Shown: one piece after another, positions 18,473 to 28,902 of the stretch
How the letters are laid out: each line of letters opens with the position of its first letter
Position numbering within the stretch: position 1 is the stretch's first letter
The notes under the pieces: generated by a model
Told to the model about the DNA's origin: nothing
What the model saw: the letters and a program-made list of their open reading frames with translations, nothing else
Databases searched by the model: none
NCBI GenBank assembly: GCA_009927165.1
Contig: RFNO01000106.1
Location: 3,409 to 67,408, forward strand
Direction of reading: 5' to 3'
Source of the DNA: Pseudomonadota bacterium
Lineage (GTDB): Bacteria; Bdellovibrionota; FAC87; UBA2466
Length of the DNA: 64,000 nt
Translations under genes and position numbers: made by a program

Positions 18473-19507
18473 ATGTTGAACGTGAATTTTAAAAGTGCTT
18501 TAAGTTGTTTATTGTTCTTAAACACCGCTGCTTCCGCATGCACGGCTTTTCTCCTTCACCGTGAAAAAGAAAAATTGGTGGGCAAAAGCTATGATTGGAA
18601 TCACGAGAGTGCTCTTCTCATCACCAACAAAAAGGGTGTTTCCAAAAAAGGATTTTCCCCTGTCTTCTGGGAGTCAGGTCCTCAGTGGATTTCCAAATAC
18701 GGAAGTATCACCTTTAATCAGTATGGTCGGGAGTTTCCCAACGGGGGAATGAACGAAGAGGGGTTAGTCGTCGAAGTTCTTTGGTTGAGCTCGAGCGAGT
18801 ACGAGGCTTTTGATAGCCGTCCAGTGCTCAATCAGCTGACTTGGGTTCAATATCAGCTAGATAATTTTGCTTCTGTCTCGGAAGTAATTGAGGCTCTTCC
18901 CAAACATAGGTTGTCGCCTATCCAAGGGAAAATTCATTACTTTGTTTGTGATAAAAGCGCTCAATGTGCTGTGGTAGAGTGGCAAAAAGGAAAGCCAGTC
19001 GTCCATTTTGGTGAAAACCTTAATCCCCCTGTTATTACCAATCATACTTTTGAAGAATCGTTAGCGGCTCTTCAAAACTCAGATGCCCTATCAAACGATG
19101 CTTCAATAGAAGAGAGCTCACTTCACCGATTTGTCCGTGCGGCGAAACTTGTCAAAGAAACTGAGGTGTCCGTAAGTGGGGGATTTAGCATTTTGAATGC
19201 AGTAGCAATGAAAGGCTTGACCACTTGGAACATTGTTTACGACTTAGAAAATTTAACCATTAATTATCGCACTCGTAAAAATCCTACTATTCGTTCGGTT
19301 AATTTGCGCCAACATGATTTTTCCTGTTCCACTACTACGCTGATGTTGAATATTCATGAGGGACAAAAAAACGTTGATAATCTTTGGGTAGGTTACAGTG
19401 CTGAAGCAAATGAGCGAACGATCCAAGAAAGTTTGAATGATGTCACTTTTGGGTGGGTGTTGCTTCGAATGCTATCCCAGTATCCGGAAACCACTACTTG
19501 CCAGTAG
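18473..19507 (+). CDS. choloylglycine hydrolase-family (linear amide C-N hydrolase, Ntn) secreted enzyme
   Basis: Signal peptide ends ...ASA followed directly by CTAF (Ntn Cys nucleophile); GKSYDWNHESALL is typical of the CBAH/PVA family. Confidence 0.65.
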   Translation: MLNVNFKSALSCLLFLNTAASACTAFLLHREKEKLVGKSYDWNHESALLITNKKGVSKKGFSPVFWESGPQWISKYGSITFNQYGREFPNGGMNEEGLVVEVLWLSSSEYEAFDSRPVLNQLTWVQYQLDNFASVSEVIEALPKHRLSPIQGKIHYFVCDKSAQCAVVEWQKGKPVVHFGENLNPPVITNHTFEESLAALQNSDALSNDASIEESSLHRFVRAAKLVKETEVSVSGGFSILNAVAMKGLTTWNIVYDLENLTINYRTRKNPTIRSVNLRQHDFSCSTTTLMLNIHEGQKNVDNLWVGYSAEANERTIQESLNDVTFGWVLLRMLSQYPETTTCQ

Positions 19508-19512
19508 GAGCT

Positions 19513-20766
19513 TTAGCGGCTGGCTTCCCAATCCAAATCAAAAATACTTTGGTAGTGGGAATTGATATCGCGGCTGTCCACTGAAATCGCAGTCTCACGG
19601 TTATTCTCAACAGAATTTTGGTTCCAGTTAATAGAGCTCACGAGAGTTTTGTATCCGTCTGCTAAAGCCCCTTTATTGTGAACATACTTAACTCCCATTG
19701 CTTTCACGTCGGCAATAACTGCTTGCATCGGAAGATTATTGGTTTTCGCAATAGAGTTGATGGCTTCGATAGCATTGAGGTCACCTTCTTCTGAGCCTCC
19801 AAATGCGGTTGAATCATTAATCAGAATTCTAACTTTCACATTTCTTTTGGCTGCAGCGACAAGAGCTTGTAGCAAAGGAGATTGTTCCCCCGTTTTTCCC
19901 CACATTGGATTAAAACTCATTAATTCGAGATCGAGCGTTGTTTTTGCCGAGCGAATAAAAGCCAATAATCCATCTAAACTTGAATCTGGAGAAGTCAGAA
20001 TTTCCACATGGTCAGCTTCTAAAGTCTTGGGTTCATCTGAGAGCATCCACGCAAATCTCTCTACAATGTGATGGGCCGAAGTTTGCATGTCGCTAATCCA
20101 GTCAGAAACTCTTCCCAAAACCTGAGGAAGCCGATTTTTAGTCGGATCCACTAGCATGATCAAATCTCCATACTTAGTACTACAGTCCTTTTCAAAAAGT
20201 CTTAGAAAGGTTTTTGCAATTTGAGGATCGTAGACGAAGGTCTGCCATCCGCGGGTTCCTCGAGAAGATCCGGGATTGGGTTGGCCTGATGGCGAGTAGT
20301 TTTCAGAACCCACTAAGACGGAAGCTTCGTCAATAACGATATATTTGGCATGGTTATAACGAAATCTTCGTTTCCCTTTAATGGTTTTGGAAGTCATCAC
20401 GTAGTACCGGTGTAGTTGAGACTGCGCATTCGCTTCCATCGCTGTGGCTATTCTTTTTTGAACCAACTCTCCCTCAGGCTCGATTCCACCGACTGGCTGA
20501 CCTTCTTGAAGAATTTCAACTCTTACCCCCTGATTGATTTGGTGGATGAGGGCGTCCGCAACGTCGTTAGAGGTCAACTCATACGCGTTCATAGCAATGC
20601 TTTTCTGGGCGCTGAGAATGGCTCTGAGAGATAGAACGAGATTGCTTCGGGGAGACTCTGAGACATCGAGAGTCATTGCCTGCAGTGGCAAAGCAATCGT
20701 TGTTATGAAAATCGCTAATAAACTTCGGGATAGACTGACGCTCTTTACGTCGAGGTGATCCATCAA
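19513..20766 (-). CDS. secreted phospholipase D-family protein (two HKD motifs)
   Basis: Signal peptide; HAKYIVID and HNKGALAD HxK(x)4D motifs. Confidence 0.8.
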   Translation of the reverse strand: MMDHLDVKSVSLSRSLLAIFITTIALPLQAMTLDVSESPRSNLVLSLRAILSAQKSIAMNAYELTSNDVADALIHQINQGVRVEILQEGQPVGGIEPEGELVQKRIATAMEANAQSQLHRYYVMTSKTIKGKRRFRYNHAKYIVIDEASVLVGSENYSPSGQPNPGSSRGTRGWQTFVYDPQIAKTFLRLFEKDCSTKYGDLIMLVDPTKNRLPQVLGRVSDWISDMQTSAHHIVERFAWMLSDEPKTLEADHVEILTSPDSSLDGLLAFIRSAKTTLDLELMSFNPMWGKTGEQSPLLQALVAAAKRNVKVRILINDSTAFGGSEEGDLNAIEAINSIAKTNNLPMQAVIADVKAMGVKYVHNKGALADGYKTLVSSINWNQNSVENNRETAISVDSRDINSHYQSIFDLDWEASR

Positions 20767-20916
20767 GTTGTTTCCCCCGTTGGTTATTTACTCGAAAGTG
20801 AAACATAACCTGAGTTATCCTGCAACGCACATAGTGCTAATAAACGGTTAAGATTTGGTTAGCAGCTCCCCTTCATGAGACTAACGAATTTACTTAAGCT
20901 GTGGTATGTCAAATCC

Positions 20917-21828
20917 ATGCGTGCGTTAGTCTCAGGCGGAGCAGGGTTTATTGGTTCCCGGTTGGCCCTTGAATTAGAAAAAAATGGGGCTGAAGTGCAT
21001 GTCATTGATAGTTTTTTATCTCTTAATTTCAATAACTTATCATTGTTTAAGGGGCCGGTAATCCAACACGATTTATTGGATGACTGGACCTCCTCAGGAA
21101 AATGGGACGTTATTTTTCATCAAGCTGCGATTACTGATCCCAGACATGAAAGCGACGAAGAGGTCTACGAAAAAAATGTTCGGGGTTTTGAAAAACTCCT
21201 TAAACTGGCTTTGCAGTCCCAAGCCAAGCTCATTTATGCGTCTACCGCAGGTCTTTATGGCAATGGTGCGGTTCCCATGAAAGAGGCACAAGAGAAAGAA
21301 GTACTCACGGCTTATGGACGGTCCAAACTCAAAATGGATGAAATCGCAGAATCTCATTTTAATCAGCTTCACTTAGTGGGTTTGCGTTACTTCAATGTCT
21401 TTGGTCCCCACGAAGCCCATAAAGGACGGCCGGCTTCAATGATTTACCATCTTTGGAAGCAAATGGTGTCGGGACAAAGACCACGGCTTTTCAAGTGGGG
21501 AGAACAGAGCCGAGATTTTATTTATGTAAAAGATGTTGTTCGAGCCAATCTGTGCGCTATTCATGCTCCATCCGGCATTTATAATGTGGGCACAGGCGTT
21601 GCTTCTACTTTTAATACTGTCGTTCGAATACTCAATGAAGTACTGGGAACTTCTCTTGAACCCGACTACTTTGATATGCCTTACGAAAGCAAGACCTACC
21701 AGCATTGCACGCTTGCGGATACATCCTATGCGGAGACAGGATTAAATTTCAAAACGGAATGGGATTTAAAATCAGCCATTTTCGATTACGTGAAATGGTT
21801 AGAAAAAACGGAAGGAAGTCACTTATGA
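20917..21828 (+). CDS. hldD: ADP-L-glycero-D-manno-heptose-6-epimerase-like NAD-dependent epimerase
   Basis: SGGAGFIGS Rossmann motif, YASTAGLYG...YGRSKLKMDE (YxxxK), FNVFGPHEAHKGRPASM. Start taken at the second Met. Confidence 0.75.
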   Translation: MRALVSGGAGFIGSRLALELEKNGAEVHVIDSFLSLNFNNLSLFKGPVIQHDLLDDWTSSGKWDVIFHQAAITDPRHESDEEVYEKNVRGFEKLLKLALQSQAKLIYASTAGLYGNGAVPMKEAQEKEVLTAYGRSKLKMDEIAESHFNQLHLVGLRYFNVFGPHEAHKGRPASMIYHLWKQMVSGQRPRLFKWGEQSRDFIYVKDVVRANLCAIHAPSGIYNVGTGVASTFNTVVRILNEVLGTSLEPDYFDMPYESKTYQHCTLADTSYAETGLNFKTEWDLKSAIFDYVKWLEKTEGSHL

Positions 21829-23903
21829 TTCAAACGCGAACCGGTTTCGTCCAAGGTGCTGTAGTTTTCTTAGTTCTCCTCTGTGGAGTAGTTATCGCAG
21901 ATGAGGGAATGTGGACTTACAATAATTTGCCCACAGAAATTTTAAAAGAGAAATACGGTTTTGAACCAACCCAGGAATGGACTGAACACCTCATGAAATC
22001 ATCGGTTCGTTTTAATTCAGGAGGCTCAGGTTCTTTTATCTCTCCCCGAGGCTTGGTCCTGACTAACCACCACGTGGGTGCTGATGCGTTAGCCAAAATA
22101 TCGACTGCCGAGCACGATTATTATCGCGAAGGATTTCTGGCCAGGACTGAATCAGAGGAAATCAAGGCTCCAGACCTAGAATTAAATCAATTGTTATCAA
22201 TTGAAGATGTAACAGACAAAGTGAATGGTGCAGTAAAACCGGGTATGTCTGTTGCTGAAGCTGCTGCTGCTCGTCGTGCGGCGATTGCAACTATCGAAAA
22301 AGAGTCGCTTGAGAAAACTGGATTGCGGAGCGATGTGGTCACTTTATACCAAGGTGGCAAATACCAACTGTATCGCTACAAAAAATATACAGACATCCGT
22401 CTCGTCTTTTCCCCAGAGTTTGATATCGCATTCTTTGGTGGAGATCCTGATAACTTTGAGTATCCCCGTTTTAATTTAGATATGTGTCTTTTTCGGGTTT
22501 ACGAAAATGGTCAGCCCGTCCAAACAGAGCATTTCTTGAAATGGTCTGCGAAAGGCACCAATGAGAACGATTTAGTTTTTGTATCTGGTCATCCAGGCAG
22601 TACTCGAAGGATGTATACGCTTGCTGCTTTGGCTTTTCTGCGCGACATCCGAGTTCCCTATCAATTGGAGTATCTCAATCGTCAGGAAATCATGCTTCAG
22701 CAATTTGGCGGTAAGGGAATCGAAGAAGCCCGTCGAGCCAAAGAAGATCTTTTTTCAGTTCAGAACAGCCGCAAAGTTTATTACGGAAGAGTCAGGGGGC
22801 TTCAGGACCCAGAAGTCTTCAGAAAAAAACAAAAAGACGAAAATAGCCTGATCGCCGAAGTGAAATCTCGTCCCGACCTCAAAGATTTGGGAGGTGCTTG
22901 GGCCACTATCGAGCTAGCCCAAAAATCAGCCAAAAAGTTATTGGTAAAGCGTTCTTTGCTAGAAGGTGCCCAAGCGTTTAATTCCCAATTATTTTCTATT
23001 GCCCGGACTTTAGTGAGACTAGCAGAAGAAAGTAGTAAGCCTAACGAAGAAAGGTTACCCGAGTATCGCGATTCAAATCGTGCTTCGTTGGAACAACAAC
23101 TTTATTCAGAAGCTCCTATTTATGAGGATCTCGAAGTTGCTAAATTAACAGAAGCACTTACTTTCTTTGTTTCGAAAATGGGAGAATCCAATTCCCTAGT
23201 TAAGCAAGTATTGGCGGGAAAATCTCCATCAGAACGAGCTATTGAACTGGTAGAAAAAACTTCCCTGAAAAGTGTTTCGGTAAGAAAGTTGATGGCTGAA
23301 GAAGGAGCGAAGTCTATTTCTGGAAGTTACGATTCAATGATCCAGGTAGCTAAGTTGGTAGATTCGGCTTCTCGTTCCATTCGTAAGAAATACGAGGAAC
23401 AAGTCGAAGAGCCTGAAAGACAAGCCTATGCACAAATTGCAAAAGCCTTGTTTGCGATCAAAGGCACAAAAATTTATCCTGACGCTACCTTCACCCTGAG
23501 ACTTTCCTTTGGTCAAGTGAAAGGTTACGAGGAGGGTAGCCAAAAGGTACCGGCGTTCACTACTTTAGGAGGTGCTTTTGAGCACGAGGAGCGACATGGA
23601 AAGAACCCGCCGTTCCAACTACCGGGAAGCTGGCACCAGAAAAAACTGAATCTCGATTTACAAACTCCGTTTAATTTCGTGTCCACTGCAGACATTATCG
23701 GAGGAAACTCGGGAAGCCCAACTGTTAATCAGGCCGGGGAACTCATAGGACTTATTTTCGATGGCAATATTCATTCTCTCGTATCTGATTACTTTTACGA
23801 GGACAAACTAAATAGAGCTGTTTCCGTGGACACGCGAGGAATGCTCGAGGTCCTCAGAAAAATATATCTTGCTCATGAATTAGTGGCCGAATTGGGCTCT
23901 TAA
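21825..23903 (+). CDS. S46-family dipeptidyl-peptidase (DPP7/DPP11-like) serine peptidase
   Basis: Signal peptide then the DEGMW N-terminal hallmark, NHHVGAD His region, and IIGGNSGSP Ser motif near the C-terminus. ATG overlaps the hldD stop. Confidence 0.75.
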   Translation: MIQTRTGFVQGAVVFLVLLCGVVIADEGMWTYNNLPTEILKEKYGFEPTQEWTEHLMKSSVRFNSGGSGSFISPRGLVLTNHHVGADALAKISTAEHDYYREGFLARTESEEIKAPDLELNQLLSIEDVTDKVNGAVKPGMSVAEAAAARRAAIATIEKESLEKTGLRSDVVTLYQGGKYQLYRYKKYTDIRLVFSPEFDIAFFGGDPDNFEYPRFNLDMCLFRVYENGQPVQTEHFLKWSAKGTNENDLVFVSGHPGSTRRMYTLAALAFLRDIRVPYQLEYLNRQEIMLQQFGGKGIEEARRAKEDLFSVQNSRKVYYGRVRGLQDPEVFRKKQKDENSLIAEVKSRPDLKDLGGAWATIELAQKSAKKLLVKRSLLEGAQAFNSQLFSIARTLVRLAEESSKPNEERLPEYRDSNRASLEQQLYSEAPIYEDLEVAKLTEALTFFVSKMGESNSLVKQVLAGKSPSERAIELVEKTSLKSVSVRKLMAEEGAKSISGSYDSMIQVAKLVDSASRSIRKKYEEQVEEPERQAYAQIAKALFAIKGTKIYPDATFTLRLSFGQVKGYEEGSQKVPAFTTLGGAFEHEERHGKNPPFQLPGSWHQKKLNLDLQTPFNFVSTADIIGGNSGSPTVNQAGELIGLIFDGNIHSLVSDYFYEDKLNRAVSVDTRGMLEVLRKIYLAHELVAELGS

Positions 23904-23916
23904 ATAGGGAGAGGGA

Positions 23917-24354
23917 TTAGACCCCGATATCCTCATTCCAAAGCTCGGGATGATTTTTTATGAAATCTTCCATGAGTTGGATGCACTTTGGATTCTGAAC
24001 TATGACAAGTTCAGTCCCGTGCGACCTGACATAGTTTTCCGGGCCTTGGAAAGTTTTGTTTTCTCCGATGATAATTTTGGGAATTTTGTAGAGTAGGGCG
24101 GTTCCGCTGCACATATCACAGGGGGAAAGGGTCGAGTAGAGAGTTGCGCGCTGATACTCTTTTGCAGAGAGTCGACCCGCATTTTCAATGCAGTCCATTT
24201 CTGCGTGTAAGATAGCACTCCCTCTTTGAACTCTTCTATTATGTCCTCGTCCAATAATTCTGCCATCCAGAACTAGAACTGACCCAATAGGAATTCCACC
24301 TTCCTTCAAGCCAAGTTCTGCTTCTTCAATCGCGGCTTCTAAAAAAGGATCCAC
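23917..24354 (-). CDS. cytosine deaminase, Fcy1/CDA-fold zinc enzyme
   Basis: HAEMDCIENAG and SPCDMCSGTA zinc-binding motifs; about 145 aa. Confidence 0.8.
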   Translation of the reverse strand: MDPFLEAAIEEAELGLKEGGIPIGSVLVLDGRIIGRGHNRRVQRGSAILHAEMDCIENAGRLSAKEYQRATLYSTLSPCDMCSGTALLYKIPKIIIGENKTFQGPENYVRSHGTELVIVQNPKCIQLMEDFIKNHPELWNEDIGV

Positions 24355-24365
24355 AGCAGTTATTA

Positions 24366-25751
24366 CTAATATTTAGAAATTTCCTGGCTTGCTTTAAAAA
24401 CATTCAACCGTCCACCAGTAACAGTGATGTCTTTTAAACCAGAAATCGGATCAACTGATTTGAGCAAAATTTCCTTAATTTGTTTTGCAGCTTGCGCAGG
24501 ATTTTGCTGAGTCATTTCCGTAAATCGTTTGCTTCCGACACTGTGTAAGAGAGCAACCGCACCTGTCACGTGGGGAGTCGCCATCGAAGTTCCTGTCAGC
24601 TTTCGGGTTTTGTTGTCCGGAACAGTAGATAAAATATCAGTTCCAGGAGCGCCTAAATGGACGTGCTTAGCGCCATACCCAGCTCCCTCCGCGTATTTGT
24701 CATCATTCGAATCGGTGTTAGTCACTGAGATGATGTATGGGCTTTCGCATGCAGAAGGGACATCCCCAACTGAATCAACATCCACGTCTGAGTTAGAAGT
24801 GGCTACCACCGAAACAATCCCAACGTTACCCATCTCGGTATAAAGGTCATTCCATACGGAGTAATCTGGACTGGAACAGTCAGCATTATCGACTCCAAAA
24901 CTGGAGTTAGTAGCAACAATATTTGCTCCTTTTTTTCCGTGAGATTCTAACCACAGTTTCTTCTGAGCCAGGACGTATCCATAAGCCCGCGCAACGACTG
25001 AAGTCTCACCCGATGATCCTGCAACAGGCATAATTTTGGTGTTCCAGTTGATGCCAGAAACTTGCAAGTTATTATTTCCTTCTGCGCCGATAATTCCGGC
25101 AACATGAGTGCCATGCATATATCCGCTGTCATGCTTGTCGGTGGGGAGAGTTCCCTTATCGTCGATAGCATTCCAACCATTTATGTCATCTATGTAACCG
25201 TTCTTATCATCATCAATACCGTTATCGGGAATTTCTCCTTTATTTACCCAAATATTTTTCTGTAAGTCTTTGTGGGAAATATCAGTACCGCCGTCTACTA
25301 CAGCGACGACAATTTCGTTGCCAGCTGTATCTTTTCCACCCGTACCCAGTTCCCAAGCTTTAGTGGCTTCAATATCACCGCGGGAGCTAATCCCGTTAAT
25401 GCTCCATTGAGATTTCAGTTCCGGGTCATTAGGTGATTGACGAAGTTTTACCGGGTGGTCGGGCTGGGCATATTTCACGATTCCCGATTGCCCTGCGAAA
25501 GTTTTTAAAAAGGTTTTGCTCGAAGTCGGTCGTTTAAAAGTAACCAAATAGAGGTTTAAAGAAGGAACCAAAGCTTCATAAGTTTCAATGTTCTCGTCCC
25601 GTAGAAGGGCGGCAACTTGGTCCGTTTTTAAGGCAGCATCAAAACGGATAATTAATTTTTGAGCATTTGTCTGCTTGGTTTGTGCCTGTAAGGTGGAATT
25701 GACCCACAACAAGCTAAAAAAAGTGCTAACCAGAATAAGGTGCTTTGCCAT
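24366..25751 (-). CDS. secreted subtilisin-like (S8) serine protease
   Basis: Signal peptide, VVAVVDGGTD (Asp), HGTHVAGIIG (His), GTSMATPHVTGAVALL (Ser). Confidence 0.85.
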   Translation of the reverse strand: MAKHLILVSTFFSLLWVNSTLQAQTKQTNAQKLIIRFDAALKTDQVAALLRDENIETYEALVPSLNLYLVTFKRPTSSKTFLKTFAGQSGIVKYAQPDHPVKLRQSPNDPELKSQWSINGISSRGDIEATKAWELGTGGKDTAGNEIVVAVVDGGTDISHKDLQKNIWVNKGEIPDNGIDDDKNGYIDDINGWNAIDDKGTLPTDKHDSGYMHGTHVAGIIGAEGNNNLQVSGINWNTKIMPVAGSSGETSVVARAYGYVLAQKKLWLESHGKKGANIVATNSSFGVDNADCSSPDYSVWNDLYTEMGNVGIVSVVATSNSDVDVDSVGDVPSACESPYIISVTNTDSNDDKYAEGAGYGAKHVHLGAPGTDILSTVPDNKTRKLTGTSMATPHVTGAVALLHSVGSKRFTEMTQQNPAQAAKQIKEILLKSVDPISGLKDITVTGGRLNVFKASQEISKY

Positions 25752-25914
25752 TATTGATTTCCCCCAAAACCAAAAATTACAACCAAAACCGTACTGCTTT
25801 TAGACTGTTTGCCGACACTAGCTAGTCCGGGGGCAATTTAAAACCCTTAAAATAAAGAGGCGGATTTAAGTGTTAGCTTTTGTTTCGACAAGAAGTAACG
25901 CGTCACGTCGCGTT

Positions 25915-27288
25915 TTAAGAGGAGATTAAATCGTTCATTCCTAAATCTTGAAGCTTTCGGTAGAAAGTGGCTTTGCTTAAACCAAGAGCTTCGATCGTAG
26001 AGGTCTTTTTGCCATTATTTTTCTTTAACTCTTCAGCAATCACGCTTCGTTCAAACTCTCTCACTTTACTTTGAAAATCTTGGTTCGTTTGCTCCCTCTT
26101 ACCAAAAGAGGGAACCAAAGGATTGTTTTGACGAAGATCGTAGATCTCTACTTCCTCAAGATTCTCATTTTTTTGAAAAAGAAGCGCTCTTTTCAAAGTC
26201 GATTCGAGTTGTCGGATATTTCCAGGCCAATCATAAGCAATCAGTTGATTCATTAATTTTTCACTGACTTTCGGCATTCGGGAAGAACGCGCATGCTTTG
26301 AGATAAAATGTTCTGTGAGTAGGGGAATATCTGATTTTCTCTCGCGTAAAGGAGGTATCCACAATACCAAGTCACTTAGCCGATAGATAAGGTCTTCTCT
26401 AAATTTTCCTTGTTCCATAAGTTCAGCTAGAGGCTGATTAGTCGCTGCAATGGTTCGGAAGGATAGAGTTTGTGTTTTATTAGATCCCACTCGTTGAATT
26501 TGACGTTCCTGAAGAACCCTCAAAATTTTGCTTTGAAGCTCAAAAGGGAGGTCTCCAATTTCATCGAGGAAAATATCTCCGGAGTCTGCTAATTCAAACT
26601 TCCCGGGTCTGCTTACTTTAGCGTCTGTAAAAGCTCCTTTTTCAACACCGAATAATTCGGCTTCCATGAGATTAGCGGGAATGGCCGGCATGTTCGCCAC
26701 AATAAAAGGACGTTTGGGATTGCCTTCTTGTTGATGGAGAAAACGAGCCAATACTTCTTTTCCTGTTCCACTTTCTCCTAAAATGAGAACGTTCAAGTGT
26801 GAATGATTTTTGAGTGCTCGAGCTTTTTCAATGACTTCCAAAAACGGGTGGGCTGAGCCGACCAAAGAAACAGGGGAAGGATGAAGAAGAGTTTCAAGCT
26901 TCTCTAGGGACTGTTTCAAATTTCTTTTTTCTAAAACGCGCTCCAAAGCAAAAAGAACTGACTCTGGTTCGATTGGTTTAATGAGGTAATCGGCAGCTCC
27001 TAAACGCATGCAATCAATCGTTACTCTCATTTCGCGTTGTCCACTCAGGACAACAATTTCCATCAAGGGCAGGTCTTTTTTCCATTTTTTTATGAGTTCT
27101 TGTCCGTGGGTTTGACCCAAGTGCAGATCAAGAACAACCAAGTCGACCGTTCTATTGTTGAGAATAGTTGCCGCTTCAATGGCTGATGATGCAGCAACAA
27201 CATCGTACAAGGGCCTTAACAGATGAGTCAGAGATTGAAGCAAAAGAGGATCGTCATCGACAACTAGGACGCTTGGTGCTTGAGCCAT
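25915..27288 (-). CDS. sigma54-dependent response regulator (NtrC family: REC, AAA+, HTH)
   Basis: VLVVDDDPLL receiver domain, GESGTGKE Walker A, GAFTDA motif, ESTLKRALLF and a C-terminal HTH; no adjacent histidine kinase. Confidence 0.85.
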   Translation of the reverse strand: MAQAPSVLVVDDDPLLLQSLTHLLRPLYDVVAASSAIEAATILNNRTVDLVVLDLHLGQTHGQELIKKWKKDLPLMEIVVLSGQREMRVTIDCMRLGAADYLIKPIEPESVLFALERVLEKRNLKQSLEKLETLLHPSPVSLVGSAHPFLEVIEKARALKNHSHLNVLILGESGTGKEVLARFLHQQEGNPKRPFIVANMPAIPANLMEAELFGVEKGAFTDAKVSRPGKFELADSGDIFLDEIGDLPFELQSKILRVLQERQIQRVGSNKTQTLSFRTIAATNQPLAELMEQGKFREDLIYRLSDLVLWIPPLRERKSDIPLLTEHFISKHARSSRMPKVSEKLMNQLIAYDWPGNIRQLESTLKRALLFQKNENLEEVEIYDLRQNNPLVPSFGKREQTNQDFQSKVREFERSVIAEELKKNNGKKTSTIEALGLSKATFYRKLQDLGMNDLISS

Positions 27289-27442
27289 ACTCCCCCCTTA
27301 AACTTGTTTCTATTTACCATTGATTTGCGCTGTGCAGCAATGGACAACTGGTCGAGCGCTGTTTTTGTGGTTAAATAACCTAATAATAACAATATCTTAA
27401 GTCTTGTTTGAGGTCGGCTTAAGTTTCTCCTGAAAAAGGGCG

Positions 27443-28891
27443 ATGAACTTACTGATGGAACATTTTGTAAATTCTAGGTTCTGGGTGTTGGGATTCATTG
27501 TTTGGATGAGTTGGACCCCGGTGACTTGGGGATCGGCTCCTCTTATCCGACAGCTACTGAGCGAAAATCGAACTGAGGAAGCAATTCCTATTTGTCGGCA
27601 ATACGAAGTTCTGCCCTCTCGAGATAATGATGTTTTTTTGGCTTGTTCTTGGGTCTACTATCGAACAAACCGCGCTAGTGCAGCGGATGCTCTATTGGCC
27701 AAGCTAGCTCAATCCAAAAATCTTCCCGAATATCAGCTGCTAGAAATTTATGCATCGGTGGCAAGAGATTTTCTATCGCCGGAAGCCCTAAAAGCATTGG
27801 AGCCGACTGCACGACAGCAATATGACGAGAAGATAAAATTGCGTATATCTGAGGCTCAAAAAAAATTAGAGCCCCTGCTTATCGAGCAAAAAAATTCTAA
27901 TGTTGGAAAAATAGCTCAAGAAGTGAGCGCAGAGTTTTACGAGTTAAAAGGGCAATTAGAGCCAGCTGCTTTTATTTATCGCGGATTAATTAACGACAAT
28001 CCTAAGAACGCCAAAGCAGCGTGGGGACTCGGTCGTTACTACTTAGCTCGGGGCGATCTCCGAAGAGCGAAAACATACTTGGAAAAAACCACTGAATTGT
28101 GGCCTAAACATCAGGGCTCTCGCTACAACTTAGGACTCATTTACATGAATGAGGGTCCCGATAGCTATCGCCAAGCTGCAAAGTGGCTTTCCGAAGCTTT
28201 TAAACTAAACAATGCAGATTCCAGTGTTTTGGAGCAAATTGGCATTCTTTTTGAGAGCAAAGGAAAAGTAGAAGCTGCAATCAAATACTGGCAACGAGCA
28301 GTAGAGCTAAATCCGCGCGCTGTAATTGCCTCCAAAAAATTGGACGAACATGTAGATGTTGTTATCGGTGTCCTCATTAGCAAGAAAAACTGGAAAGCGG
28401 CTTTGGAGAAAATTGAACTTATTAAAAACACAAACGAACCAAAACGATTTGAACTGGCAGAAGGTATGATTTACCGAGGCATGGGCCAGTTCGATAAAGC
28501 GGCTGCCATCTTTAAACCGATGGTTCAAGCAGAGCCAGAAAACCCCGTGATTCTTCGAGAGTTTGGAATCGTTGAGTTCAACCTCGGCCATCATGAAGAA
28601 GCCACTAAACTCTTTGAGAAGTTGGTACAAGTGGAAAAAAATCAGCCAATGAATTTTGCCTGGTTAGGATTTGCCTTGGAAGAGAAAAAAGAATATGCAA
28701 AAGCCATCCAAGCGTGGAACCAAGCGGCCGGTCTTTTTAAGAATTCGAAGGAGATCAAAAAAGCTCTTGAAAAAGTAGTGCGCCTAGAACAGCTAGCTAA
28801 TGGAAGAGAAGTAGCTTCGGGTGATAACAAGCAGAATGATCATTCCGATAAAACTGTGGAAGTGACCGATCCCTTCCATCAAGGGGAATGA
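27443..28891 (+). CDS. TPR-repeat protein with signal/TM N-terminus
   Basis: Multiple W-LG-Y / A-Y-A-P repeat units. Confidence 0.65.
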   Translation: MNLLMEHFVNSRFWVLGFIVWMSWTPVTWGSAPLIRQLLSENRTEEAIPICRQYEVLPSRDNDVFLACSWVYYRTNRASAADALLAKLAQSKNLPEYQLLEIYASVARDFLSPEALKALEPTARQQYDEKIKLRISEAQKKLEPLLIEQKNSNVGKIAQEVSAEFYELKGQLEPAAFIYRGLINDNPKNAKAAWGLGRYYLARGDLRRAKTYLEKTTELWPKHQGSRYNLGLIYMNEGPDSYRQAAKWLSEAFKLNNADSSVLEQIGILFESKGKVEAAIKYWQRAVELNPRAVIASKKLDEHVDVVIGVLISKKNWKAALEKIELIKNTNEPKRFELAEGMIYRGMGQFDKAAAIFKPMVQAEPENPVILREFGIVEFNLGHHEEATKLFEKLVQVEKNQPMNFAWLGFALEEKKEYAKAIQAWNQAAGLFKNSKEIKKALEKVVRLEQLANGREVASGDNKQNDHSDKTVEVTDPFHQGE

Positions 28892-28902
28892 GGAATGCGT
28901 AA

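Noticed and set aside
8143-24354. Adenine deaminase plus Fcy1-type cytosine deaminase as a linked nucleobase-salvage system
   Set aside because: The two genes are 14 kb apart with unrelated genes between them, so there is no evidence of co-regulation. They are recorded as individual features only.
25893-25910. AACGCG-TCACGT-CGCGTT hairpin just downstream of the NtrC-family gene
   Set aside because: No T-tract follows on the transcribed (minus) strand, so it is at best a weak terminator or processing site.
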